The position numbers were made by a program, and so were the translations under genes. Source: Candidatus Eiseniibacteriota bacterium (GTDB lineage Bacteria > Eisenbacteria > RBG-16-71-46). Taken from it: 64,000 nt of DNA. This document shows, in pieces, positions 31,951 through 42,034 of the stretch (position 1 is the stretch's first letter; every line of letters starts with the position of its first letter). The notes beneath the pieces were generated by a model. The model did not search any database, had not been told where the DNA came from, and was given only the letters and a program-made list of their open reading frames with translations. The stretch covers positions 512,001 to 576,000 of the forward strand of contig CAVQXP010000004.1 of the NCBI GenBank assembly GCA_963717935.1, in the 5' to 3' direction.

Positions 31951-32639
31951 AGAGAGTCCTGATCGTGGAGGACGAGGAGGGCCTGCTCGAGGGCCTGGCC
32001 CACAACTTCAAGTACGAAGGCTACGAGGTGCTCACGGCGAAGAACGGCCAGGAGGGCCTGCGCACGGCGCTCAAGCAGAAGCCGGACCTCGTGATACTCG
32101 ACATCATGCTGCCCGAGAAGGACGGCTTCACCGTGCTCAAGGAACTGCGCCAGCGGCACCGCGACATCCCCGTGCTGGTGATGACCGCGCGCAACTTCGA
32201 GGCCGACGTGATCAAGGGCTTCGACCTGGGCGCGGACGACTACGTCACCAAGCCCTTCGGCATCAAGGAGTTGATGGCGCGCGCGAAGCGGCTGGTGGCG
32301 CGCGGGCCGTCGGGCGCCCCCGCCCCGGGGCCGACCAGCTACAAGTTCGGCGATGTCGAGGTGCGCTTCGAGCTGCGCGAGGTCCACAAGGCCGGCGCGC
32401 AGGTCGCGGTCTCGTTCAAGGAGTTCGAGCTGCTCAAGTACCTGATCGAGCACCGCGGCCGCACCGTGTCGCGCGAGGAGCTGCTCGAGGAGATCTGGGG
32501 CGTGGACGAGGAGCTGGGGGTGACGACGCGCACCGTGGACACGCACGTCTCGAACCTGCGCTCGAAGCTCGGGGCCGGCTTCGCCCAGCCGTTCATCGTG
32601 GCCGTGCACAAGGTCGGCTACAAGTTCGTGGAGCTGTGA
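31947..32639 (+). CDS. OmpR/PhoB-family response regulator
   Basis: LIVEDE, LDIMLP, GADDYVTKPF, RTVDTHVSNLRSKL, GYKF. ATGA overlap with the kinase stop. Confidence 0.95.
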   Translation: MKRVLIVEDEEGLLEGLAHNFKYEGYEVLTAKNGQEGLRTALKQKPDLVILDIMLPEKDGFTVLKELRQRHRDIPVLVMTARNFEADVIKGFDLGADDYVTKPFGIKELMARAKRLVARGPSGAPAPGPTSYKFGDVEVRFELREVHKAGAQVAVSFKEFELLKYLIEHRGRTVSREELLEEIWGVDEELGVTTRTVDTHVSNLRSKLGAGFAQPFIVAVHKVGYKFVEL

Positions 32640-32702
32640 GCGGGCGCCGCGGCGGATCGCGGCGGGGTCCTGGCCGGCGCCGGCCCGGGCCGCCCGCCCC
32701 CG

Positions 32703-33659
32703 TCATCTGCCTTCGTCTTCCTCGTTCCCGCCGTGCGGTCCGGCCCGCGCCGCGGCCCGCGCCAGCTTCGCGAACTCCTCGAGCGTGAGGGTCTCGCCGC
32801 GGCGGCGGCCGTCGATCCCGGCGGCCCGGCAGAGGCGCTCGATGCCCTCGCGGCCGAGACCGAGCGCCTCCTCGAGGGTGTTCGCGAGCTGCTTGCGGCG
32901 CATGTGGAACGACCCGCGGATGATGCGGAAGAGCAGCGCCCTCGTCGGCTTCGACCGGGCGGCTGCTCGCGCAGGAAGAACCGCACCAGCGCGCTGTCCA
33001 CGTCGGGGCGCGGCCAGAAGGCCGAAGCCCGGATGGCCATGAGCGGGTCCAGCAGTGCGTGGTAGCGCGCGAACAGCGTGAGCGAGCCGTACTCGGGCGT
33101 GCCCGCGGCGGCGGCCAGGCGCTCGGCGTACTCCTTCTGCACCAGCAGCACGGCGCTCTTCACCGCGCGCTTCTGCTCGAAGATGCGCTCCAGCACCGGC
33201 GTGGTGATGTTGTAGGGGATGTTGCCCACCACGATCACGCGCTCGACGCCGTGGGCGCGGGCGGCCTCCGCCAGGTCGAACTCCAGGAAATCGCCCTCGA
33301 CCAGCTCGAGCTGGGGGACTCTCGGCCAGCTCCTCGCGCAGCAGGGCGGCGAGTCCGGTATCCTTCTCGACCGCGATCAACGTGCGCACGCGGGCCGCGA
33401 GCCGCGCCGTGAGGGCGCCGGCGCCGGGCCCGATCTCGACCACGACGTCGTCCTTCTCGAGCCGGCAGTGCTCGACGATCCGCCGGGCGAGGTCCTCGCG
33501 CACCAGGAAGTTCTGGCCCATGCGCTTGAGCGGCGCGAGACCGCGCTCGGCCAGGGCGCGTTTGACGCGCGCGAGCTCGCTGCCCTCGGCGGCGGCCCGC
33601 TCGCGCAGCCAGGCGGAGGGGCGAAGCGGGTCGCGGCTGGTGCGCCTCGGGGGGGACAT
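32703..33659 (-). CDS. rsmA: 16S rRNA m6,2A dimethyltransferase (two compensating indels)
   Basis: KRMGQNFL, EIGPGAG, EKD, GNIPYNIT, QKE, FWPRPDVDS, RRKQL, RGETL. Confidence 0.93.
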   Translation of the reverse strand: MSPPRRTSRDPLRPSAWLRERAAAEGSELARVKRALAERGLAPLKRMGQNFLVREDLARRIVEHCRLEKDDVVVEIGPGAGALTARLAARVRTLIAVEKDTGLAALLREELAESPPARAGRGRFPGVRPGGGRPRPRRRARDRGGQHPLQHHHAGAGAHLRAEARGEERRAAGAEGVRRAPGRRRGHARVRLAHAVRALPRTAGPAHGHPGFGLLAAPRRGQRAGAVLPARAAARSKPTRALLFRIIRGSFHMRRKQLANTLEEALGLGREGIERLCRAAGIDGRRRGETLTLEEFAKLARAAARAGPHGGNEEDEGR

Positions 33660-33717
33660 GGGCGCAGTGTAAGGGTGCGCGCGGGCGCGGGCCAGCGCCG
33701 GTGGTCGCGATCTCCGC

Positions 33718-34773
33718 TCAGGCGGCGTCGGGCTCGCCCTCGAGCGCCTCGCGCGCCATGTCGCGCGCGTACGGGTCGGGTGACCCGTGAGCGATGCGCT
33801 CCAGCTCGCGGCGGCCCTCCATGCCGAACTCGCGCAGCGCGTAGGCCGCGTGCCGCCGCACCCACCAGGCGGGGTCGGTGAGCCGCGCGGGCAGGGCCAG
33901 CATCGCGATGCCGGCCCGCGTGCGTCCCAGCGCCCAGGCGGCCTGCGCCCGCACCTGCCACACCTCGTCCTGCAGCGCGCCCACGAGCGTGGTCGCGCAG
34001 TCGTCGGCCCGCATGCGGCCCAGCGCGCGCGCGGCGGCGATCCGCTGCTCCGCGTCGCCCTCGCGCAGCCGGCGCTCGATGGACCGGCGGGCGTCGTGGT
34101 GGTCCGCGAGCCCCAGCGCCTCGATGAGCGCGCGATCCAGGGTCGCGTCTCCGGTGCCGCGGTCGAGCGCCGCCGCGAGGTCGGGCAGCGCCCGCTGCCC
34201 GAAGCCGCGCAGCAGGGTCACGCGCGCGCGGTGCGTTCGCTGCTCGAGCGCCGCCGGGTTCGCGAGCAGCCAGCGCAACGCCTCGAGGTCGCGGTAGCGG
34301 GCCAGCGCGGTGGCGGCGGCGGCGGTGACCAGCCCAGGACCCTCGCGCAGGGCGCTGCGCAGCGCGCGCCGGGACTCGGGTGCGAAGAGCAGGGCGAGCC
34401 GGCGCGCCGCCAGCTCGCGGCGCCACGGCGACTCGTCGCGCAGCGCCTCGCGCTCGGCCGCGAAGTGGGGGTTGTCGACCAGGGCGCGCGAAAGGGCGAG
34501 CCAGTCACTCCTGCGCGAGGCCAGATCCTCGAGCGCTGCCCAGAAGCTGCCGGGCTCGGCCGCGGCGGCTTCCTCCGCGAGGGCCCCGGGGTGCAGGCGA
34601 TGCTCGAGGAACTCGCGCAGCGAGTGGGCGAGGTCGTGCACGCGCTCCCGCGCGGCCCCCCGCTCGCGGCGCTGCAGGAAGCGCAGCGTGCAGCCGGCGC
34701 CCGCGATCGCCGCGAGCGCGAGGAACAGGGCGAAGAGGAGGTCGGCGGCGGGGGTCGGTGGGGGAGCGGGCAT
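33718..34773 (-). CDS. membrane-anchored HEAT-repeat protein
   Basis: N-terminal TM. Repeats such as ALQDEVWQVRAQAAWALG and LTDPAWWVRRHAAYAL. Confidence 0.8.
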   Translation of the reverse strand: MPAPPPTPAADLLFALFLALAAIAGAGCTLRFLQRRERGAARERVHDLAHSLREFLEHRLHPGALAEEAAAAEPGSFWAALEDLASRRSDWLALSRALVDNPHFAAEREALRDESPWRRELAARRLALLFAPESRRALRSALREGPGLVTAAAATALARYRDLEALRWLLANPAALEQRTHRARVTLLRGFGQRALPDLAAALDRGTGDATLDRALIEALGLADHHDARRSIERRLREGDAEQRIAAARALGRMRADDCATTLVGALQDEVWQVRAQAAWALGRTRAGIAMLALPARLTDPAWWVRRHAAYALREFGMEGRRELERIAHGSPDPYARDMAREALEGEPDAA

Positions 34774-34852
34774 GGCACCGAGGTTATCGGCCCGGCGGAA
34801 TGCGGGCTTGAGGCGTGCGCCGGCGCGGATCGCGCCCGCGCCGGGCGCCGGC

Positions 34853-35617
34853 CTACGCGGCCGGGAGCCGGAACAGCGCCTTCGCGTTGGCCGTCGTGAT
34901 GCGGTCGGCCTCCTCGGGCGTCCAGGTCCGCAGTTCGCAGAGCCGCCGCAGCACCCGCGTGAGGAGTCCCGGCTCGTTGCGTCGAAGCGAGCGCGGCTCG
35001 GGCTCGAGCCAGGGCGAGTCGGTCTCGAGCACGAGCATCTCCGCCGGCGCGGCCTTCACCGCCGCCTCGAGCGGGCCGTGTCCGTAGGTCAGGCAACCGC
35101 CGATCCCCAGCCGGAAGCCGAGCCCGCGAGCCCGCTCGACCGCCTCGGGCCCGTCGTCGAAGCAATGGAGCACGCCGCCCGCCTGTGGGCGCATCTCCTC
35201 GAGGATGCCAAGGGTCTCGGCCAGCGCGCTGCGCTGGTGGATCACGACCGGCAGGCCCAACTCGTCGGCCAGCGCGAGTTGCGCGCGGAACCAGCGCTCC
35301 TGGTCGGCGCGCGGCGCGTAGTCGCGGTAGAAATCGAGCCCGGTCTCGCCCAGCGCCACCACGCGCGGGTGGCGCGCCTCGGCGCGCAGCGTCTCGATCC
35401 ACGAGGCGGGCACCTTCGCGGACTCGCTCGGGTGCACGCCGGGACACAGAAAGACCGAGGGATGCGCGGCCGCGAGCGCCTGCGCGCGGGGCAGGATCGC
35501 GGGCGCGTAGGCGATCTCGACGAAGTGCGTCACCCCCGCGTGACGCGCGCGGTCGAGGACGCGCTCGCGGTCCTCGTCGAAGCGCGGGTCGGTCAGGTGG
35601 CAGTGAGTGTCGATCAT
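34853..35617 (-). CDS. tatD: TatD-family nuclease
   Basis: IDTHCHL, GVHP, GETGLD, IH.R, HCF, ETDSP. Confidence 0.93.
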   Translation of the reverse strand: MIDTHCHLTDPRFDEDRERVLDRARHAGVTHFVEIAYAPAILPRAQALAAAHPSVFLCPGVHPSESAKVPASWIETLRAEARHPRVVALGETGLDFYRDYAPRADQERWFRAQLALADELGLPVVIHQRSALAETLGILEEMRPQAGGVLHCFDDGPEAVERARGLGFRLGIGGCLTYGHGPLEAAVKAAPAEMLVLETDSPWLEPEPRSLRRNEPGLLTRVLRRLCELRTWTPEEADRITTANAKALFRLPAA

Positions 35618-35759
35618 CGGGTCCGCGGGCCCCGGCAGACGCGCACCGCGGCGCCAGGGCTCACCGTGTGCCGGTCCGCCGGCCCGGGGCGTTCATGGTC
35701 CGCGTCGCGAGAAGGCCATCGGGCCGCGGTCTGCCGCAGCGGGTCATGAATGGCCCAGG

Positions 35760-37541
35760 CTAGGCCTTCGCGTCCGGGCGCGGAGCCACGCCGGCCGCGG
35801 CCTTGAGGTCGATGCGCGGGAACAGGATCACCGGCTGGCCGAGCGTGCGTGCGGCGGGCGGGCCGAAGGCCGGCCGCGCCGCCGCGTCCCGCTGCTGGCC
35901 GGGCGTGCCCGGCAGGCCCAGCACGCCCCACAACTCCTCGCACTTCACGGGGATCGTGGGCCAGGCCCAGATCGCCACCAGGCGCAGGGTCTCGAGCAGG
36001 GCGTTGAGCGCGGTGCCCAGCTCGATGCGTCGTGCCGGGTCCTTGGCGAGGTCCCAGGGCCGCGCGCGGTCCACGAACTCGTTGGCGCGCTCGACCGCCT
36101 GCCAGGCGCTCGCCAGCGCGTCGTGCAGGCGCAGCTCGTCGTAGGCCTTCGGCACCTCGTCCGCGGCCGCGGTGGCCGCCGCCATGAGCGCGTCGAGCGC
36201 TCCGCGCGCCGCGGGGTCCGTGAACGAGTCGGGCGCCCACTCGGAGGGCGTGGCGCCGGCGTAGCCGTTGTGCACCAGCTTCACCGTGCGGCTCGAGAGG
36301 TTACCGAGCTTGTTCGCCAGGTGCGTGTTGCAGTGCTCCACGAACAGCTCGAGCGAGAACTCGCCGTCGCCTCCGGTCGGGATGGCGTCGATGAGGTAGA
36401 AACGCAGGGCGTCGGCACCGAAGCGGGCCGCCATCTCGACCGGGTCCACGACGTTGCCGAGCGACTTGGACATCTTGACCCGGGCATCCTCGGCCTCCGC
36501 CCCCTTCACCTCCGGCTTGCGCAGCAGGATGAAGCCATGCACGTAGACCTGGCGCGGCAGCGGCACGCCGGCGGCGAGCAGCATGGCCGGCCACAACACG
36601 CAGTGGAAGCGGCTGATGTCCTTGCCGATGAGGTGGAACGCGTTCGTGTACTGGGGCTGGCCCATGCCCGCCCACGCCGCCCCCGGTCGCCCCTGGCCGT
36701 CGAGCTCCTGGAACACGTCCTGGCGCGTCGCGCCGGGGCCGCCGGTCTCGTCCTCCTTCGACAGCCACCACTTGCAGTAGGTGCGCTGCGGCCAGCCGAG
36801 GGCGGAAAGATAGTTGAGCAGCGCGTCGGGCCAGACGTAGACGGTGTGCCCCTCGCCACCCTCGATCTCCTCGGGCAGCGGGATGCCCCAGGGCAGGTTG
36901 GGGCGCGAGACGCTCACATCCTCGAGCCCGCCCTTGATGAGATTCACGACCTCGGTGCGCCGGTAGTCCGGCTGGATGAAGTCGGGATGGGCGTCGATGT
37001 GCTTGAGGAGCGCCTCGTCGTACTCGGAGAGCCGGAAGAAGAAGTTCGACTCCTTGATCGCCTTCGGCTTCTTCTTGTGCTCGGGGCAGCGCCCCTTCCC
37101 GTCGAGCTCCTTCTCGGCCTTGAAGCCCTCGCAGCCCTCGCAGTAGAGACCGACGTACTCGTCCTCGTAGATCGCCGGTTCGCCGGTGCGGGGCGTGCGC
37201 GCCAGCGAGAGCCGGCGCATCAACTCCTGCACGGCCAGCTCGTGGCGCTTGTCCGAGGTGCGGATGAACTGGTCGTAGGTCACGCCGAGCGTCTTCCAGG
37301 CCGAGACGAAGGTCCGCGACATCTCGTCCACGAAGTCCTGCGGCTCCTTGCCGGCCGCCTCCGCGGCGCGGGCGATCTTCTGGCCGTGCTCGTCGGTGCC
37401 GGTCAGGAACCAGGTGGCGTCGCCGCGCTGGCGATGGAAGCGTGCGAGCGTGTCGGCGAGGACCTTCTCGTAGGCGTGGCCGAGGTGGGGCCGGCCGTTC
37501 ACGTAGTCGATGGCGGTGGTGATGTAGAAGCGTCGCGGCAC
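35760..37541 (-). CDS. metG: methionyl-tRNA synthetase (short form, no C-terminal tRNA-binding appendix)
   Basis: YVNGRPHLGH, GTDEHGQK, CEGC..CPEH knuckle, YVW.DAL, GKDI..FH, KMSKS. Own -10 TATACT at 37579-37574. Confidence 0.95.
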   Translation of the reverse strand: MPRRFYITTAIDYVNGRPHLGHAYEKVLADTLARFHRQRGDATWFLTGTDEHGQKIARAAEAAGKEPQDFVDEMSRTFVSAWKTLGVTYDQFIRTSDKRHELAVQELMRRLSLARTPRTGEPAIYEDEYVGLYCEGCEGFKAEKELDGKGRCPEHKKKPKAIKESNFFFRLSEYDEALLKHIDAHPDFIQPDYRRTEVVNLIKGGLEDVSVSRPNLPWGIPLPEEIEGGEGHTVYVWPDALLNYLSALGWPQRTYCKWWLSKEDETGGPGATRQDVFQELDGQGRPGAAWAGMGQPQYTNAFHLIGKDISRFHCVLWPAMLLAAGVPLPRQVYVHGFILLRKPEVKGAEAEDARVKMSKSLGNVVDPVEMAARFGADALRFYLIDAIPTGGDGEFSLELFVEHCNTHLANKLGNLSSRTVKLVHNGYAGATPSEWAPDSFTDPAARGALDALMAAATAAADEVPKAYDELRLHDALASAWQAVERANEFVDRARPWDLAKDPARRIELGTALNALLETLRLVAIWAWPTIPVKCEELWGVLGLPGTPGQQRDAAARPAFGPPAARTLGQPVILFPRIDLKAAAGVAPRPDAKA

Positions 37542-37639
37542 AGGTGTCTCCCGGGTCGGAAAGTGAGGCGCGGAGTATAGCGAAAGCGTCGCAGGACGTG
37601 CGAGCGTCGGAGCGCCCGGGCGGGTGGGCCCGGGCGGGC

Positions 37640-38534
37640 TCAGTCGCCCGGGCGGGCCACGGACGGTCCGTCCGCGTCCACGGCGTTGCCCTCCGGCCCC
37701 GGCGGGTCCGGGGCGCTGCCGCGCCGGGGCCACGGCCCCGGCGGCAGCATCGTCCTGGGTGATGCGGTGTTCCTGGCCGTCGCCGTCCCGCACCCAGACC
37801 ACCTGCTGGTGCAATTCGGTGCGGAACACCGTGCACAGGCCCCCGCCGGTCTGGAGTTGTGCGCCCACGGGCGGCAGCTTGGCCGCGCCATCCCGGTAGA
37901 GGTTGAGTTCGTAGGCGAGGCAGCACATCAGCCGCCCGCACGTTCCCGAGATCTTCGTGGGATTGAGCGTGAGTTGCTGCTCGCGGGCCATGCGCAGCGT
38001 GACCGGGTGGAAGTCCTTCAGCCAGGTCGAGCAACAGAATGCGCGCCCGCACGGGCCACAGCCGTCGAGCCGCTTGGCTTGATCGCGCACGCCGATCTGG
38101 CGCAACTCGATGCGCGTCTGGAAGCGCGCCGCCAGGTCCTTGACGAGTTCACGGAAGTCCACCCGGTGCTCGGCCAGGAAGTAGAAGGTGATGCGGTGAC
38201 CGGTGAGGGAGGTCTCCACCTCGGAGAGGTCCATCTTGAGCTCGCGGACGGCGATTCGCTCGCGGCAGTACTCGAACGCCTCGGATTCGCGCCGGGCCAG
38301 GTGGTCCTCGAGGTCGAGATCCTCCTCGGTGGCCTTGCGGATGATCTCTCGCGTGACGCTGCCCGGCCGCTTGAGCTCGAGTAGCGCCGGGTCCTTGAGG
38401 AGCACGCCGCCGATCGCCTCGCCGTGTTCGGCCTGGACGACCACGCGGTCGTTCAGCCGGAGCCAGAGGTGGCGGGAGTTGAGGAAGAAATCCCTGCGTG
38501 AACCGCGCAGGGCGACCTGCACGATCTCGGACAT
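37640..38534 (-). CDS. ricT: PSP1/RicT (YaaT) regulatory Fe-S complex subunit (indel near 37750)
   Basis: RVDFRELVKDLA..RIELRQIGVRD..G.CGR..CC..MA.EQ.L..K.SG.CGRLMCCL.YE. True C-terminus is in ORF 37640-37891. Confidence 0.9.
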
Positions 38535-38739
38535 CTCGAAACCTTTATGGGCGGATGAGACCCGCCGGACCGGCCTTGCAGCCGGGGTTTCGCGTGAATG
38601 GCGTTCCGGTCCGAGGCTGGCACCGGCTATGAAGAACCCTCGAGGTCGAGGGCGAGGCCTGAAGGATAGCGCAGCGGACGGGCGTTGCCTATGGAGGTGG
38701 CGGGGGCATTCGGCGCGGGCTCAGCGCCCGGGCGCGGGC

Positions 38740-39435
38740 TCAGCGCCACGCGGCCAGCAGGGCCACCAGCGCCGCCAGGCCGGCGACGACCGGGCCGTCG
38801 AGGCGGCCCCGGCGCAGGGGCAGTGCCCGCGCGCGCGACAGGCCGAAGCCGCGCGTCTCGGCGGCGATGGCGATCTCGTCCGCGCGGCGCAGCGCGTCGC
38901 TCATCACCGTGAGCGTGGCCAGCCGGAGCGTCCGTGCGGCGCTGGTGCCGCAGGCCACCGCGCATCCGCAGCGTGTCCCAGGTGAGGCGCGAGGAGCGCT
39001 CGAGTGCGGGCAGCAGGTTCACCGCCACTCCGAGCGTGAAGCCCAGCCCGTGCAGTCCCGCGCGCTCGAGCAGGCCGGCCAGCTCCCCGGGCGACGTCGA
39101 GGCGGCGAGCCCGCGCGCGGCGATCAGGATGGCGAGCGCGCGCAGCGCCATCCACAGACCGGCGGCGCAGTCCCGCGGACGAGACCGCGACGGGGCCGAG
39201 GCGCGCGTCGGCCGGTCCCAGCCACAGCGCGCCCGAGACCAGCAGCAGCGCCACGAACGTCCACAGCGCCCCGCTGCGCGCGACGCGCAGCGCGGCCGGA
39301 TGGAACAGCAGCGCCAGGCCGAGGGAGAGCGCCAGCGCCGAGCCCCGCGCGCGCGCCGCCGAGCAGCACGGCCGCGAGCAGCACGGCGAGGAAGCAGCCG
39401 AGGTGGCCCGCCGTGCCCAGCCGTTCGCGGAACAT
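38740..39435 (-). CDS. ECF transporter transmembrane T component (frameshifted)
   Basis: Hydrophobic N-half, LGVAVNLLP, and two X-Arg-Gly motifs (LRMRGG, AETRGF) typical of EcfT/CbiQ. Confidence 0.75.
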
Positions 39436-39444
39436 GGCGATGGC

Positions 39445-40044
39445 CTACGCGGCGCCGGCCTGGAGCCGGCGCGCGAGCTGCCGGCCGAGGCCGCAGGCCA
39501 GCACGCCGGCGGCCGCGCCGACGGCCGCGTGCAGGACGACCAGGGCCGGCACGACGACCGGAATGGCCCGCGGGTCGAGGTGCAGGAGCAGGGCGCCGGC
39601 GTCGAGCATGCGGCGGTAGATCTCGACCATCCCCCGGCCCGCCAGCAGGCCCTGGGCGACGAACGGATGGACGAATGCCCACAGGACTCCGAGCGCGCCG
39701 GCCAGCGCCAGCGGGCCGCGGCGCGGCCGCCCACCGGCCAGCGCCAGCCCGGACTCGGCCAGCAGGGCCTCGGCGAGGATCGCGAGCATCGGGCTCAGCA
39801 CGATCGAGCCGAGACTGAACGCCTTGAGCAGGGCGCTCACCAGCGCGATCGTCAGCACGGCGCCGCGCCGCGGGACGAAGCGGTAGCCCGTGAGCACGAT
39901 GAGCATGCCGATCGCGCTCATCGCGAGACCAGCGAGCGGCAGTCGCAGCGCATGCAGCACCGCGCCGAGCGTCATCTCGGCCACGCCCCACAATGCGCCG
40001 AAGACGGCCAGCGTCACGAGTTCGCGCGTGGACCAGCTCCTCAT
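39445..40044 (-). CDS. putative ECF transporter substrate-binding S component
   Basis: 199 aa, 5-6 TMs, STRELVTLAVFGALWG N-terminus. Coupled between EcfA-A' and EcfT. Confidence 0.7.
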   Translation of the reverse strand: MRSWSTRELVTLAVFGALWGVAEMTLGAVLHALRLPLAGLAMSAIGMLIVLTGYRFVPRRGAVLTIALVSALLKAFSLGSIVLSPMLAILAEALLAESGLALAGGRPRRGPLALAGALGVLWAFVHPFVAQGLLAGRGMVEIYRRMLDAGALLLHLDPRAIPVVVPALVVLHAAVGAAAGVLACGLGRQLARRLQAGAA

Positions 40045-41483
40045 GCCTCCAGCTCCAACTCTGCCAGCGCACCGTCCGCCACGAGGCGACCGCCGCGCAT
40101 GAGCAGCAATCGCCTGGCGTAGCGGGCGGCCAGGTCGTGATCGTGCGTGATCAGCAGGATCGTGCTGCCGCGGGCGTTGAGGTCCGCGACGAAGTCCATG
40201 AGCCGCTCGAGGTGCGACCAGTCCTGCCCCAGGGTCGGCTCGTCGAGGATCAGCAGGCGCGGCGCCGGCGCGAGCGCCGCGGCCAGGGCGGTCCGCTGCT
40301 GCTGACCGACGGAGAGCGACAGCGGGGCGCGCCCGCGCAGGGCGACGAGATCGGCCGCCGCCAGCGTCTGCTCGTGGGTGGCGCGGTCGAAGACCGCCCA
40401 GTTGCGCGGGCCCAGGGCCACCTCGTCGTCCACGCGCTCGGTGAGCAGTTGATCGAGCGGGTTCTGGCACAGCAGCCCCACGTCCAGGCCGGGCCGCGCG
40501 CGGCCCCCGCCGGGCGCGAGACGGCGGCCGCTCCGCGGGCGCATCAGGCCGGCCAGCACGCGCGCCAGCGTGCTCTTGCCGGAGCCGTTCTCGCCGACCA
40601 GTGCGACGAACTCGCCCGGGTACAGGCTCAGATCGATCCCGTCGAGCACCGCGTGCCCGTTGTATCCGGCGCTGACCCCGCGCAACTCGATGAGCGCCTT
40701 GCCGGCCGGCCGGTCGCGCCCCGTGGTCCGGGGCCGGTCCCGTGCCGGGTGCGCGTCGGGCCGCGCGAGGCCGAGGTCGCACAGCCGGGCGCGCTCCCCG
40801 GAGACGGCGCCGGCCGGTCCATCGGCCACGATCCGCCCCCCGTCCATCAGCACGATGCGTCCGGCCACGCGGGAGGCCTCGGCCAGACGATGCTCGATCA
40901 TCACGATCGTCACCCCGTGCCGCCGGTTCAGCTCGGCCAGGGTGTGCAGCACCTGTCGTGCGCCCGGGCGGTCGAGGCTGGCCAGCGGCTCGTCCAGCAC
41001 CAGCAGCGGCGGCCGCAGCGCCAGGGCCGCGGCGATCGCAAGGCGCTGCTGTCCACCGCCGGACAGTTCGAGCGGGGCGCGGCCGCGCATCTCCTCGAGT
41101 CCGGTCGCCCGCAGTGCCCAGTCCACGCGCTCACGCACCTCGTCCCCGCCGAGTCCGAGATTGCGCGGTCCGAAGGCGATCTCCTCCTCGACCGTCAGGC
41201 AGAAGAGCTGCGTGGCGGGGTTCTGGAAGACCAGGCCGACCCGGGTGGCCGGGCCAGCCGGCGGCGGGCGTGACGGGTCGAGCCCCGCCACGCGCGCGCG
41301 ACCCTCGACCCGGGCGGGAATCACGGCCGGGATCAGCCCGGCCAGCACGCGCACCAGCGTGCTCTTGCCGCAGCCCGACGGGCCGCCGACCAGGACGAAC
41401 TCCCCCGCGGCGATGCCGAGCGAGATCCCCTCGAGGGCGCGCTGCGCGCCGTAGCGGACGGAGAGTGCCTCGAGCTCGATCAT
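40041..41483 (-). CDS. ECF-type ABC ATPase with duplicated domains (A-A' fusion)
   Basis: GPSGCGKS and GENGSGKS Walker A, FQNP..QL, LSGG / LSVGQ, LDEP, IEH / ITH. Confidence 0.92.
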   Translation of the reverse strand: MIELEALSVRYGAQRALEGISLGIAAGEFVLVGGPSGCGKSTLVRVLAGLIPAVIPARVEGRARVAGLDPSRPPPAGPATRVGLVFQNPATQLFCLTVEEEIAFGPRNLGLGGDEVRERVDWALRATGLEEMRGRAPLELSGGGQQRLAIAAALALRPPLLVLDEPLASLDRPGARQVLHTLAELNRRHGVTIVMIEHRLAEASRVAGRIVLMDGGRIVADGPAGAVSGERARLCDLGLARPDAHPARDRPRTTGRDRPAGKALIELRGVSAGYNGHAVLDGIDLSLYPGEFVALVGENGSGKSTLARVLAGLMRPRSGRRLAPGGGRARPGLDVGLLCQNPLDQLLTERVDDEVALGPRNWAVFDRATHEQTLAAADLVALRGRAPLSLSVGQQQRTALAAALAPAPRLLILDEPTLGQDWSHLERLMDFVADLNARGSTILLITHDHDLAARYARRLLLMRGGRLVADGALAELELEA

Positions 41484-42034
41484 CGGGGATCGCGCTCTCC
41501 CGCGCCCGCGCCGGTGAGGAGCGCCGCGATCCGCCGCCGGGCGGTCGCGTCGCCCGCGTCGACGACCGTGGCGTGGGGCCAGCGGGCCCGCGCGCGGGCG
41601 AGCAGGCCGGAACGCACCACCACCAGCGCCCGGCCGTAGTCGCCGGCGTCGATCGCGCCGAGGCCGGCGGTCCAGCCGCGGTCCTGGATCAGTTCGAGCG
41701 GACCCAGCTCGTCCACCACCAGCAACTCGCACGGCGCCGCGCGCTGCAGCAGGGCGTTCCCCCAGGCGAGGACCGCCTCGTCGAAGGACCACGACCCCAG
41801 CTCGAGCATCGCCGGACGCGCGGGATCGTGCAGCCAGGCCAGCGGCCGGGTCTCGCCGGAGCGCAGATCCACGGCCTCGATCCCCACCCTGCGCGTTTCC
41901 ACGAAGCGGGCGGGAGAGAGCACGCCGGCCACGTCCAGGCCGGAGCGCCGGGCCACGGCGGCAAGCTCCCGGCACAGGGTCGTCTTGCCGCTGCCCGCGG
42001 GCCCGGTGAGGATCGTGAGCGCGCCGCCCATCAT
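41480..42034 (-). CDS. NTPase_1 (THEP1) / DUF2478-like nucleoside triphosphatase
   Basis: LTGPAGSGKTT, AGVLSP, DLRSGE, LVVDELGPLEL, VVVR. Confidence 0.8.
   Translation of the reverse strand: MMGGALTILTGPAGSGKTTLCRELAAVARRSGLDVAGVLSPARFVETRRVGIEAVDLRSGETRPLAWLHDPARPAMLELGSWSFDEAVLAWGNALLQRAAPCELLVVDELGPLELIQDRGWTAGLGAIDAGDYGRALVVVRSGLLARARARWPHATVVDAGDATARRRIAALLTGAGAGERDPR

Noticed and set aside
35760..38534. Apparent RicT(PSP1)-MetRS fusion (924-aa ORF)
   Set aside because: The linker is low-complexity off-frame sequence. RicT's natural C-terminus and stop lie in another frame (37640-37891), and metG has its own -10 and start. One indel near 37750 explains it.
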